A stretch of DNA of 63,997 nucleotides, the filler included, from Candidatus Woesearchaeota archaeon (GTDB lineage Archaea > Nanobdellota > Nanobdellia > Woesearchaeales > CG1-02-33-12), in assembly GCA_018399355.1 (NCBI GenBank). It is 3 parts of 3 records of this genome, joined end to end, with 100 filler letters (N's around TTAATTAATTAA, not from the genome) between each part and the next. Parts side by side here need not be neighbours in the genome. Positions count along the whole stretch, not along the records: positions 1 to 26,196 come from JAGYOA010000010.1; positions 26,297 to 48,735 come from JAGYOA010000011.1; 1 more part is not named here. The stretch is one strand, 5' to 3'. The notes beneath the pieces were generated by a model. That model did no database searches, was not told the origin of the DNA, and saw only the letters and a program-made list of their open reading frames with translations. Both the position numbers and the translations under genes were made by a program. The stretch's first letter is position 1; each line of letters begins with the position of its first letter. Positions 18,255 through 27,613 of the stretch are shown piece by piece.

Positions 18255-18800
18255 ATGGCCTGTATGAGATGCTTTATTGCTTTTGAGATTCCTGAAGAGG
18301 CCAAACAGGCCTTTGCTCAGGCCCAGTCACAGCTTGACATTAACAATGGAAAGCTAAAACTAACAAAAGACTTTCATTTGACCTTAAAATTTCTAGGAGA
18401 GATTGATGAAAATAAAGCTGAAGAATTGAAAAGCAAATTAAATGAGATTAAATTTAATCCATTTGAAACTTCTTTAACAGATATTGGTTTTTTTCCTGAT
18501 GAAAACTACATAAGGGTTATCTGGATTGGCCTCAATGACAGAGAAAACAAAATAAAAGATTTGCAAAAACAAATTGATGAAAAATTAAATGAGATTGGAT
18601 TTAAAGAGGACAAGCGTTTTCATCCGCACATCACACTTGCGAGGGTTAAATTTACAAAAGATAAAGAAAATTTATTAAAAAATCTAAAGCAGATAAAATT
18701 CAATAAAAAACCATTTAAGGTTAATGAATTCAAACTGAAAAAAAGCACTTTAACGCAAGAAGGCCCATTGTACGAAGACATGGCTGTTTTTAAAGCATAA
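18255..18800 (+). CDS. thpR: RNA 2',3'-cyclic phosphodiesterase (2H family)
   Basis: RCFIA; two HxT motifs FHLTLKFLG and PHITLAR; STLT..GP.Y. Confidence 0.92.
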   Translation: MACMRCFIAFEIPEEAKQAFAQAQSQLDINNGKLKLTKDFHLTLKFLGEIDENKAEELKSKLNEIKFNPFETSLTDIGFFPDENYIRVIWIGLNDRENKIKDLQKQIDEKLNEIGFKEDKRFHPHITLARVKFTKDKENLLKNLKQIKFNKKPFKVNEFKLKKSTLTQEGPLYEDMAVFKA

Positions 18801-18911
18801 TCCGAAATCTTTTTAAATAAATCCTTACCTCTATTGAATATTACCAAACGTCTTGCATGAGGTAATAAAAACTGCAAGTTTCTTTCTAAGGAAACTTTCA
18901 CGAGGTAAAAA

Positions 18912-19511
18912 ATGGCAGAAGAATCATTATTAGTCCCAACAGACCAGTATTTAAAAGCTGGAATACACATAGGAACCAAATTCAGGACAAAGTACATGGA
19001 GAAGTTTATTTACAAGAACAGGCCAGATGGTCTTTCCGTATTAAATCTCCAAAAGATAGATGAAAGAATAAAGATATGCGCTAACTTTCTTTCAAACTAC
19101 AAGCCTGAAGAAATAGTAATTGTAAGCAGGAGAGAAAACGGATGGAAATCCATAAAGATGATGTCAAAGCTGACCGGAGTTAAAATCTTTGCCGGAAGAT
19201 ATCCTCCAGGCGTATTGACAAATACCTCTCTTGATAAGTTTATTGAAGCAAAAATAATCTTGGTCACAGACTCATGGCCTGACAGAAACGCAATAACAGA
19301 TGCAATGGCAGTAGGAATTCCGGTTATAGCATTGTGCGATACAAACAATCAGTCAAATAACATTGACTTAGTTGTTCCGTGCAACAACAAGGGAAAGAAA
19401 AGCCTTGGCTTGTTTTTCTGGATTCTGACAAGAGAGTATATGAAAAAGACAGGAATGATAAAAAGTGATTCTGAATTCAAGGCAACAGTGGAAGACTTTA
19501 CAGAAGAGTAA
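18912..19511 (+). CDS. rps2: 30S ribosomal protein S2
   Basis: YLKAGIHIGTK, GRYPPG, PCNNKG. Confidence 0.96.
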   Translation: MAEESLLVPTDQYLKAGIHIGTKFRTKYMEKFIYKNRPDGLSVLNLQKIDERIKICANFLSNYKPEEIVIVSRRENGWKSIKMMSKLTGVKIFAGRYPPGVLTNTSLDKFIEAKIILVTDSWPDRNAITDAMAVGIPVIALCDTNNQSNNIDLVVPCNNKGKKSLGLFFWILTREYMKKTGMIKSDSEFKATVEDFTEE

Positions 19512-19513
19512 TC

Positions 19514-20173
19514 TTATTTTTTAAATATTCCTTTTTCTTTTATTTCAAATCCTTGTTTTTTTCCTTTATATTCTTCAGGTTTTCTCACTAAAATCCATCT
19601 TCTGCTGTTATCTTTTTCAAGCTCAATAAGGCATTTGCTCCAGTTTTTCAGCATCTCCCCACCCACAACAGCTATCTGGCCGTTTTTCAAGTTATCATAA
19701 ACCTGCTCTGTAAGGATGACTGGTATTCCCTGCCTTGATATTTCTGCAAGCTCACTTAACTGCAGGTCAATAGCTTTGTTTGCTTTGTAGGCATCGTCCT
19801 TTAACTTTAACCTGTAATAAATTCCTATAGTATCAACTATAATTAATGAAATCTTTCCTGTATTAACCATTTCTTTTATCTTGCTTACTTTCTCTGCCTG
19901 CTCTGCAAAGCTGTTCACTCTGAAAAGCATTATATTATGAAGAACATCATCAAAATCATCCCCGCAAAGCTGCTTCAACCTTTCTACAGAAAAACCCTTT
20001 TCAGTGTCAATAAATATTATTTTCTTGTTTTTTCTTGCCTGTTCTATTGCAGCAAGCATGGCCAGTGTTGTTTTTCCGCTTGCAGCAGGCCCGTATATTA
20101 TATTGATAACAGGCTTATAACCATTGATAAGCTCATCAACAACCTCACATCCAGAACTTATCTTTTCTTCCAT
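19514..20173 (-). CDS. radB: RadA paralogue RadB
   Basis: YGPAASGKT, IDTEKGFSVERL, no N-terminal HhH domain. Confidence 0.85.
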   Translation of the reverse strand: MEEKISSGCEVVDELINGYKPVINIIYGPAASGKTTLAMLAAIEQARKNKKIIFIDTEKGFSVERLKQLCGDDFDDVLHNIMLFRVNSFAEQAEKVSKIKEMVNTGKISLIIVDTIGIYYRLKLKDDAYKANKAIDLQLSELAEISRQGIPVILTEQVYDNLKNGQIAVVGGEMLKNWSKCLIELEKDNSRRWILVRKPEEYKGKKQGFEIKEKGIFKK

Positions 20174-20275
20174 AACTTATTAGTCTTCAATTTTCTTTAT
20201 ATAGTTTTCTTATTTTAAATGAAAATCTTTTGGTATTTCAAAAAGCTTATAAATCCTTAAAATATGCTATTTTAT

Positions 20276-20570
20276 GTAAGGCAGGTACTTAACTTACGGC
20301 CGGTTGGCTGAGGAAAGTCCACACACTTTCGTGGCCACTCTCGGAAGGGAGCTCCTGAGAAGGAGGGCGACCGCTCAGAAACGATACAACCACCATGGAG
20401 GATGATGCCAGCGAAGCTTTTCGTGAGAAAAGCGAGATAACCGGCAGACGTTCTTGGTGGAACTGGTGAAACGGCGAGTCCTGGTTTGTGCAAGTCTTTG
20501 ACGCATAGTTGAATGTTAAGACAGTCTTTCCGCAAGGAGACTGACAGAATGTGGCTTATTCCTGCCTTAC
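20276..20570 (+). ncRNA. rnpB: RNase P RNA
   Basis: P1 GTAAGGCAGG/CCTGCCTTAC; GAGGAAAGTCC; AGAAACG; TGAAACG; ACAGAA..GGCTTA; GC-rich island with upstream TATA box. Confidence 0.95.
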
Positions 20571-20616
20571 ACTTTTTAGTAATCTTTTTATATGAATTAA
20601 TCTTTACATGTTTAAA

Positions 20617-20796
20617 ATGGCACGAAATGATAAAATAAATTTACCTTCAGGAGGAGGCGGACTTATAAGGTATTTTGACGAGTACAGAAGCAAGATAAGC
20701 TTTAAGCCAGGGCATATAATAATCTTGGTTGTAATAATCATAATAATAGAGATAATTCTTCATACATGGGGCAATAGTTTTTTAGGTTTACCATAA
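20617..20796 (+). CDS. secG: Preprotein translocase subunit Sec61beta
   Basis: GGGLIRYFDE, P plus single C-terminal TM. Confidence 0.9.
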   Translation: MARNDKINLPSGGGGLIRYFDEYRSKISFKPGHIIILVVIIIIIEIILHTWGNSFLGLP

Positions 20797-20805
20797 GGTG
20801 TTTTT

Positions 20806-21147
20806 ATGTTTCCAGGAATGAATTCAAGAAAGGCAGCCCAGATGATGAAAAAAATGGGCATTCAGCAGGTTGAAATCCCGGCAACAGAGGTAATAATAAA
20901 AACACCTGAAAAAGAGATAGTAATAACAGAGCCCCAGGTAAGCAAAGTTAATATGATGGGGCAGGAAACCTTTCAGGTAGTAGGAGAGGCTAATGAAAGA
21001 GAGCTTTCATCAGAGCCAGAGATAAGCGATGAAGACATACAAACAGTTGCAGAACAGGCTAAGGTTTCAGAACAAGATGCAAAACAGGCAATCCTGGAAG
21101 CAAAAGGGGATCTTGCTGAAGCAATAATAAATTTACAGAAAGATTAA
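20806..21147 (+). CDS. nac: Nascent polypeptide-associated complex protein
   Basis: MMKKMGI, QETFQVVG, UBA-like GDLAEAII. Confidence 0.93.
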   Translation: MFPGMNSRKAAQMMKKMGIQQVEIPATEVIIKTPEKEIVITEPQVSKVNMMGQETFQVVGEANERELSSEPEISDEDIQTVAEQAKVSEQDAKQAILEAKGDLAEAIINLQKD

Positions 21148-21185
21148 TCACAAACTATTTATATTTCCAAGTCATATTTAATTCT

Positions 21186-21671
21186 ATGGAACAGTTTCAA
21201 CAAGAAATTGAAAACGCCAGACAAAAACTAAAAATAGCAGACCATATGATTTTTATGACCTATCCTCTTGTTAAAGATAACAGGCTTTTGCTTTCTGTTA
21301 TACAAAATCTTTTTTTGTCGCTTTCAAGCTCTATGTCTGCAATATTATACTATGAAAGAATGTTTAAGAAAATACCTTCTTTTAATGATAATTTTGACGC
21401 TAAATTTACTGCTTTCAGGACAAATTGCGTTGAAAGGCTTAAAATTGATGAAAAATTTGTGAAAATGATTTCAGATATAAGAGATATAATAGTTGAACAC
21501 AAAAAAAGCCCTGTTGAGTTTACAAGGCAAAACAAGTTTATTATATGTTCAGGCAGTTACCGAATGCGCACAATAACTGTGGATGAAATAAAAAAGTATA
21601 TAAGTGAAACAAGGTTGTTTATTCAAGAGGCAAACAACATAGTGAGCAGAAATGGAAGAATCTTTGCGTAG
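21186..21671 (+). CDS. Helical hypothetical protein
   Basis: Clean ORF with TATA box; ADHMIFMTYP resembles the next gene. Confidence 0.6.
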   Translation: MEQFQQEIENARQKLKIADHMIFMTYPLVKDNRLLLSVIQNLFLSLSSSMSAILYYERMFKKIPSFNDNFDAKFTAFRTNCVERLKIDEKFVKMISDIRDIIVEHKKSPVEFTRQNKFIICSGSYRMRTITVDEIKKYISETRLFIQEANNIVSRNGRIFA

Positions 21672-22122
21672 GGCAGTGGAAGAATTGAAAAGGCAAGAAC
21701 ATCTTGTGTTTGTAAGCTTAAAGTACACAAGGACAGTTGATGTTCTGAAAAACATCTTAGAGAGAATGATAAATTCTTATTCTTTTGCCTTTAATGCCCT
21801 GCTTTTGTATGCAAAAGAGCAAAAGTTAATAACAGATTATCCTGAGAACAAAGCATTGAGATGCAACATGCTGAAGGAAATTTTTCCTGATGAAAAAAAC
21901 CTTCATGCATACATTGACTATTACCTCAAGTTAAGAAAAATAATAAGGGCTGAATACAAAAAAAGGGAGGAATACAGAAGACATGTTACAATGACAGTGG
22001 TTGTTGACGGAGAAACAATAGAGGTTACAATGGACTCAGTTAGGGAAGATTATGAAAAATTAAGGGATTTTATAAAATATATAAGGGATTTTATCTTTGG
22101 AAAGCAAGAAGAAGAGTACTGA
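21652..22122 (+). CDS. Helical hypothetical protein
   Basis: Overlaps the previous gene; EHLVFVSLKYTRTVDV. Confidence 0.6.
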   Translation: MEESLRRAVEELKRQEHLVFVSLKYTRTVDVLKNILERMINSYSFAFNALLLYAKEQKLITDYPENKALRCNMLKEIFPDEKNLHAYIDYYLKLRKIIRAEYKKREEYRRHVTMTVVVDGETIEVTMDSVREDYEKLRDFIKYIRDFIFGKQEEEY

Positions 22123-22167
22123 TTCTACAGCAAGATTTATAAATTATCTGGGATTGCTTTATAGTAT

Positions 22168-22241
22168 GGCGGCAGTGGTGTAGCCTGGTAGCATAAGAGA
22201 CTGTGGATCTCTTGGGTCGAGTTCAAATCTCGGCTGCCGCC
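22168..22241 (+). tRNA. tRNA-His(GTG) with encoded G-1
   Basis: Acceptor GCGGCAG/CTGCCGC; anticodon arm AGAGA-CTGTGGA-TCTCT; TTCAAAT; C discriminator. Confidence 0.95.
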
Positions 22242-22284
22242 CTTTTAGTAACCTTTATATATCACCTATTTATCCTTTATTTAG

Positions 22285-22344
22285 AATAGCCCGAGTTCAC
22301 ATGAGCGCGCTTATAGGGTTCTATAAAGCTTATTCTCGGCTATT
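22285..22344 (+). promoter_or_regulatory. Structured 5' leader of the rps13 operon
   Basis: Nested stems AATAG-CCGAG/CTCGG-CTATT, ATGAGC/GCTTAT, TTATAG/CTATAA. Confidence 0.55.
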
Positions 22345-22356
22345 TAAACGGTTAAA

Positions 22357-22824
22357 ATGGCAGAATTCAGACACATCGTAAGGATTGCAAACACTGATTT
22401 AGATGGAAACAGGAAAATAGCTGACGCTATGAGAAAAATAAAAGGGGTCAGTTTCTCATTTTCAAACATGATATGCAATTTCGTCGGTGTTGATAAAAAC
22501 AAAAAAACAGGAAATCTCCTTGATTCTGAAATAAAGAAAATAGATGAGGCAGTAAGAAACCCAAAAAAATTCGGGGCCCCTTCATGGATTCTTAACAGAA
22601 GAAAAGACTATGAGACAGGAGAAGATATACACATTCTTGCTTCAGATTTAACCTTTGTTAAAGACAACGACATTAAGATGATGAAGAAAATAAAAAGCTA
22701 CAAGGGAATGAGGCATGCTCGCGGCCTTACAGTAAGAGGGCAAAAAACAAGAGCAAACTTTAGAAGAAACAAAGGAAAGGTCACAGGAGTGCAAAAAAAG
22801 AAAGCAAAGTTAGGTAAGGTATAA
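22357..22824 (+). CDS. rps13: 30S ribosomal protein S13
   Basis: FRHIVRIANTDLDG, NRRKD, VRGQKT. Confidence 0.97.
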   Translation: MAEFRHIVRIANTDLDGNRKIADAMRKIKGVSFSFSNMICNFVGVDKNKKTGNLLDSEIKKIDEAVRNPKKFGAPSWILNRRKDYETGEDIHILASDLTFVKDNDIKMMKKIKSYKGMRHARGLTVRGQKTRANFRRNKGKVTGVQKKKAKLGKV

Positions 22825-22826
22825 AA

Positions 22827-23390
22827 ATGGGTCTTCCAAGAAAACAAAGAAAAAAATATTCAACGCCTGTACATCCATGGCAAAAGGCCATGATAGAGGA
22901 AGATAGAAAGATTTTAGAGGAATACGGCCTTAAAAACAAAAAAGAGATATACAAAATGAGGTCTGTGTTAAAGGGATTTTCAGACCAGGCAAAACAGCTT
23001 ATTGCTTCTAAAACTCCTCAGGCAGAAAAGGAAAGGGCTTCACTTTTAAAAAAGCTTCAAAAGATTGGTCTGATAAATAAGACAGGCACACTAGACAACA
23101 TACTTGACCTTAATATTAATGATATAATGGACAGAAGACTGCAGACATTTGTTTACAAAAAAGGACTTGCAAGGTCAATAAATCAAGCAAGGCAATTTAT
23201 TGTTCACGAACATATAACTGTAGGGGGAGCTAAAATAACAACTCCTTCATATTTTGTCAATGCTGATGAGGAGAACTCAATAGTTTTTGTTGCAAATTCC
23301 AAGCTTAATGATGAAGAGCATCCTGAAAGAGTGATATTAACCAAGAAAAAATCAAAAAAGACTGTAAAAAATGAGAGAAATGCAAAATAA
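22827..23390 (+). CDS. rps4: 30S ribosomal protein S4
   Basis: [24 protein letters not shown]. Confidence 0.97.
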   Translation: MGLPRKQRKKYSTPVHPWQKAMIEEDRKILEEYGLKNKKEIYKMRSVLKGFSDQAKQLIASKTPQAEKERASLLKKLQKIGLINKTGTLDNILDLNINDIMDRRLQTFVYKKGLARSINQARQFIVHEHITVGGAKITTPSYFVNADEENSIVFVANSKLNDEEHPERVILTKKKSKKTVKNERNAK

Positions 23391-23808
23391 AACAAGGAAA
23401 AAGCCTTATGACCACAAAAGGGTTGAAAAGGCAGGAGTAGTTCATATATACTCTTCTTATAATAATACAATAATCCATATTACAGACATAACTGGAACAG
23501 AGACAATAGCCAGGACATCCGGCGGTCAAATGGTTAAGTCAGACAGGCTTGAAAGCTCACCAACAGCTGCAATGATGGCTGCAAAAAAGGCAGCAGAAAT
23601 AGCTATTGAAAGTGGGATAAATGCATTAGAAGTTAAGATAAAGGCGCCAGGAGGCCATAACGGTCCAAATAGTCCAGGACCTGGAGCTCAGGCAGCTGTA
23701 AGAACTTTGTCCAGGATGGGAATAAGAATAGGAAATATATCTGAGGTAACCCCTGTTCCTCATGACGGCTGCAGGAAAAAAGGCGGAAGAAGAGGAAGAA
23801 GGGTTTGA
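23371..23808 (+). CDS. rps11: 30S ribosomal protein S11
   Basis: [25 protein letters not shown]. Confidence 0.97.
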   Translation: MREMQNKTRKKPYDHKRVEKAGVVHIYSSYNNTIIHITDITGTETIARTSGGQMVKSDRLESSPTAAMMAAKKAAEIAIESGINALEVKIKAPGGHNGPNSPGPGAQAAVRTLSRMGIRIGNISEVTPVPHDGCRKKGGRRGRRV

Positions 23809-23820
23809 GGGGTGTGCTTA

Positions 23821-24636
23821 ATGATAAAAATAGAGCTTTTAAATTCAAATAAAGAACAGAAAAAGATTTCATTTTTAATCAAAGGAATAGATTCATCTTT
23901 TGCAAACTCAATCAGAAGATGTGCTATAGAAGAAGTTCCAACTATGGCTATAGAAGATGTTGAATTCAGAAATAACAGTTCTGCGCTTTATGATGAGATA
24001 ATAGCCCACAGACTTGGATTAATACCTTTAAAAACAGACTTAAAGTCATATAATCTGCCTGATAAGTGTAAGTGCGGAGGAAAAGGATGCGCCCAGTGCC
24101 AGCTTAAGCTTACATTAAAAACAAGAAGCCAGGGAACTGTTTATGCTTCAGAAATCAAGTCAAAAGATCCAAAGGTTAAGCCGGTTTATCCAAACACACA
24201 AATTGCAAAATTATTGAAAGGCCAAAAGCTTGAGTTTGAGGCAACAGCAATACTCGGCAGGGGAAAAGATCATGCAAAATGGTGTCCCGGACTGGTTTAC
24301 TATAAAAAAATGCCTGTTGTTGAAATTAAAAAAGAATGCAAAAATCCAGAGGCAGTTGTTGAGCAATGCCCGCAAAACCTTTTTGAGATAAAAAACAACA
24401 AGCTTTCATTCAAAAAAGATGAAATTGATAAATGTCACTTATGCAATGCATGCGCAGATATATGCGATCCAAAACAAGCAATAACTGTTGAAAACAGCGA
24501 TAATGAGTTTATATTTTATGTTGAATCATGGGGCCAATTAGAGCCAAATGAAATTATAGATGAATCATTAAAGATAATATCTGAAAAATCAAAAGAATTC
24601 ACAGACGAGATGAAGAAGGCACCTGAGGCAAAATAA
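23821..24636 (+). CDS. rpoD: RNA polymerase subunit D (Rpo3) with Fe-S domain
   Basis: ANSIRR, DEIIAHRLGLIP, HAKW, CHLCNAC. Confidence 0.95.
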   Translation: MIKIELLNSNKEQKKISFLIKGIDSSFANSIRRCAIEEVPTMAIEDVEFRNNSSALYDEIIAHRLGLIPLKTDLKSYNLPDKCKCGGKGCAQCQLKLTLKTRSQGTVYASEIKSKDPKVKPVYPNTQIAKLLKGQKLEFEATAILGRGKDHAKWCPGLVYYKKMPVVEIKKECKNPEAVVEQCPQNLFEIKNNKLSFKKDEIDKCHLCNACADICDPKQAITVENSDNEFIFYVESWGQLEPNEIIDESLKIISEKSKEFTDEMKKAPEAK

Positions 24637-24643
24637 AGATTAT

Positions 24644-24729
24644 GCGGGGGTGTCAGAGTCTGGTCAAATGAATACGGTTGAGGGCCGTATGCCTTAGTGG
24701 CTGCGCGGGTTCAAATCCCGTCTCCCGCA
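24644..24729 (+). tRNA. tRNA-Leu(GAG)
   Basis: Acceptor GCGGGGG/CTCCCGC; TACGG-TTGAGGG-CCGTA; long variable arm; GTTCAAATC. Confidence 0.93.
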
Positions 24730-24738
24730 TCAGAAAAA

Positions 24739-25104
24739 ATGACAAAAATAACAGGACCAACAAACAAAAGTTTGAATGAGCTCATAACAGAATTGAGAAA
24801 GAGTTCAAATAGTCATAGCTCTAGCCTTTGGAGAAGAATTGCTGATGAGCTTTCAAGACCAACAAGGCAGAGAAGAGTTGTAAACCTTTCAAGCATAAAC
24901 AGAAACACAAAAGACAACGAGAATATAATAGTTCCTGGGAAGGTACTTGCTACAGGAGAGCTTGATCATAAGGTCACAATTGCAGCCTGGCAGTTTTCAG
25001 GACAGGCTCTTGAAAAAATAAAAAAATCAAATTCAAAGGCAATTCTTATCAAAGAATTGATAAAAGAAAAGCCGGATGGAAAAGGAATAAGGATAATAGG
25101 TTAA
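24739..25104 (+). CDS. rpl18e: 50S ribosomal protein L18e
   Basis: VNLSSI, VPGKVL; start re-called after the tRNA. Confidence 0.95.
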   Translation: MTKITGPTNKSLNELITELRKSSNSHSSSLWRRIADELSRPTRQRRVVNLSSINRNTKDNENIIVPGKVLATGELDHKVTIAAWQFSGQALEKIKKSNSKAILIKELIKEKPDGKGIRIIG

Positions 25105-25105
25105 A

Positions 25106-25525
25106 ATGATAATTGATGCTGAAGATATGATATTGGGAAGGCTTGCAACATTTGTTGCAAAAAAAGCCCTTCTTGGAGAAAAAGTTGATATAGTAAACTG
25201 CGAAAAGGCAGTTATCACAGGAGGAAAAAAATATATTTTCAATGATTACAAGCAGAAAAACGAAAGGGGAACAAGGCCTACAAAGGGTCCGTTCACTCCT
25301 AAAATGCCTGACCGCTTTGTAAGAAGGACCATCAGGGGAATGCTTCCATACAAGCAGGAAAAAGGAGAAAAAGCATTTAAAAGAATAATGTGTTACATAG
25401 GCGTACCTGATGATTTTAAAGACAAGAAAATAGAAAAAATACAGAGCTGCAGTATTTTAAAATTAGGAAACCTTAAATATCAATATATTGATAGCATATG
25501 CAAGTCTATGAAGGAGAGAAAATGA
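25106..25525 (+). CDS. rpl13: 50S ribosomal protein L13
   Basis: ILGRLA, RRTIRGMLP. Confidence 0.96.
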   Translation: MIIDAEDMILGRLATFVAKKALLGEKVDIVNCEKAVITGGKKYIFNDYKQKNERGTRPTKGPFTPKMPDRFVRRTIRGMLPYKQEKGEKAFKRIMCYIGVPDDFKDKKIEKIQSCSILKLGNLKYQYIDSICKSMKERK

Positions 25526-25923
25526 AAGTAATTCAAACTTCAGGAAAAAGAAAAAGGGCAATTGCAAGGGCAAGCCTAAAACAAGGAAAGGGAGTTGTAA
25601 AAATAAACAACCTTAACCTTGATTCATTTCAGCCTAATTTTGCAAAAATGAAAATAAAAGAGCCATTGATTATTGCAGGGGATACTGCAAACAAGGTTGA
25701 TATACAAATTAATGTTAATGGCGGAGGCATAGTGAGCCAGGCAGAGGCATCAAGGCTTGCTATTGCAAGAGCATTAGTTGAATATTCAAAAGGAGACAAG
25801 CTTAAAGAGGAATTTTTAGATTATGATAGGCATTTGCTGGTTGCTGATACAAGAAGAAAAGAAGCTTCAAAGCCAAACAGGCATGGACAGGCCAGAGCAA
25901 AAAGGCAGAAGAGTTATAGGTGA
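25522..25923 (+). CDS. rps9: 30S ribosomal protein S9
   Basis: SGKRKRAIARA, GGG..SQAEA, QKSYR. Confidence 0.96.
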   Translation: MKVIQTSGKRKRAIARASLKQGKGVVKINNLNLDSFQPNFAKMKIKEPLIIAGDTANKVDIQINVNGGGIVSQAEASRLAIARALVEYSKGDKLKEEFLDYDRHLLVADTRRKEASKPNRHGQARAKRQKSYR

Positions 25924-25930
25924 TTGAAAA

Positions 25931-26128
25931 ATGATAATTCCAATAAGATGCTGGAGCTGCGGAAAACCTGTTGCCCATTTATGGGAAGAATACCAGGAAA
26001 GGGTTAACAAGGGAGAGGACAAGAAGAAAGTCATGGATGAGCTTGGCCTAGAAAGATACTGCTGCAGAGCATTGTTTTTGGGCCATGTTGATTTGATTGA
26101 CACAGTTTCAAGATTCAAGAAAAATTAG
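25931..26128 (+). CDS. rpoN: RNA polymerase subunit N (Rpo10)
   Basis: MIIPIRCWSCG, RYCCR. Confidence 0.96.
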   Translation: MIIPIRCWSCGKPVAHLWEEYQERVNKGEDKKKVMDELGLERYCCRALFLGHVDLIDTVSRFKKN

Positions 26129-26196
26129 TTCTTTTTTTGTTTTTATAGTAAAAATTTATATATTATCTCTTTTTTGTTGACTTAGAGTTAATATTT

Positions 26197-26296
26197 NNNN
26201 NNNNNNNNNNNNNNNNNNNNNNNNNNNNNNNNNNNNNNNNTTAATTAATTAANNNNNNNNNNNNNNNNNNNNNNNNNNNNNNNNNNNNNNNNNNNN
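26197..26296. other. Artificial contig spacer
   Basis: 44 N + TTAATTAATTAA + 44 N. Confidence 0.97.
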
Positions 26297-26460
26297 ACTG
26301 TGGTTTTGGCGTTCTTCTTTTATTTGTTTTAGCAGTTCTTCAGAATAATACCTGGGCCTAAATGTTATGTTTGCAGTGCAGCCAATGCCCGTGTTTATTG
26401 TTGGGTATTTAATCTTCATGGTTTAATTCTAATATAAAAAGATATTGAAATAGAATATAA

Positions 26461-27501
26461 TTATTCGAGAAGTTTGCTTATTGACTTTCTTTGATTAAGA
26501 TTAGTTATAACTTCTGCAAAATACCCTGAAACAGAAACTTCATGATACCATAGATTATCTTTTTTGAATTCATCACTATGATAAACAACATTAGTTCCTA
26601 TGACTCCATCTACAATCCCTTCTTTATATGCATTTTTTATCCTTTCTACGGCTTTTCCGTTGAACAAAGGCAGACTGCATGCAGCATAGATCTTTTCAGC
26701 TCCTCTTGATTTTGAAGATTCAAGAAGTTTGACTAATGTTCCTGCAGTATCAATTATATCATCAATAACAAGAACATTTTTTTGTTTTACATCACCTAAA
26801 ATATCTATATTTTTTATATTGTTTGCTGAACTGTAATCCCTTCTTTTATAGCCAATAGCCAAGTCAGCATTTAACATCTTGGCATAATACTCTGCTCTTG
26901 GCGCTCCTCCTGCATCAGGCGACATCACAACCATATTTTCAAGCTTGATATTTTTCTTTACATAATTAATTATATTTTTTGAAGCACGGAGATTTTCAAA
27001 TTTAGCCTTCCTGAAAAAACCTGCAATTGCCTCATTATGCACGTCTAATGTCAAGACTTGATTGACATTTAAATCTTCAATCTCCCTTGATATAGTTGAT
27101 GCACTGATTCCCTCTCTTCCTTTTTGCTTGTCCTGTCTTGCATAAGGGAAAACAGGTAAAACAACTGTTATATGGTCTGGGTCACTTCTCCAGGCAGCAT
27201 CAATTGCTGCTTTCAGAGCACCTACATTATCATAAACAGAATATTTTTTACCATTTCTCATAACTGGATTTTGAATATCTTGGAATACATACAAATCAAT
27301 TCCTCTTACACTGTTCTTTATAACATGCTTTATTTCGCTGTCTTCAAATATAACCTAATTAGATTTGATGAAAATTGGCCTAATATGTCTTAGCTCTTTA
27401 GTTTTCATTTTTGATTTGATTTTTTTCATTACTTTTTCTGCAAAGTATTTGCCTCCTTCACAGCAAAGAATTCCTAATTTTCCTCTTGTTTCATTAATCA
27501 T
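26461..27501 (-). pseudogene. prs: Ribose-phosphate pyrophosphokinase interrupted by one in-frame TAG at 27355-27357
   Basis: Continuous frame from ATG 27501 (MINETRGKLGILCC...SN*VIFEDSE...SVRG); PYARQD, SPDAGG, IDDIIDTAGT intact. Confidence 0.75.
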
Positions 27502-27613
27502 CTTGAATTTATCCCTAAATTTAAATATTTCAAAAAAGATTTAAAAATATTTGTAGTATCTAAACTATTCAATAAAGAAAACAAATAAATACAAGTAGTT
27601 TTAAATAAAAAAT

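Noticed and set aside
20272..20535. 87-aa minus-strand ORF
   Set aside because: Antisense to the RNase P RNA; by-product of GC richness.
22168..22168. Encoded G-1 of tRNA-His
   Set aside because: Common in archaea.
24300..24480. Ferredoxin-like insert in RpoD
   Set aside because: Known feature of many archaeal Rpo3 subunits.
24697..24738. N-terminal extension of L18e in the ORF track
   Set aside because: Lies within tRNA-Leu; the real start is ATG 24739.
26197..26296. TTAATTAATTAA palindrome inside N runs, repeated at 48736-48835
   Set aside because: Identical 44+12+44 layout with stops in all frames marks an artificial contig linker.
26297..26419. Minus-strand ORF start MKIKYPTINTG running into the gap
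   Set aside because: Too short and truncated to assign.
27355..27357. Genome-wide TAG recoding
   Set aside because: Only one internal TAG noticed, and rpoN ends normally at TAG.
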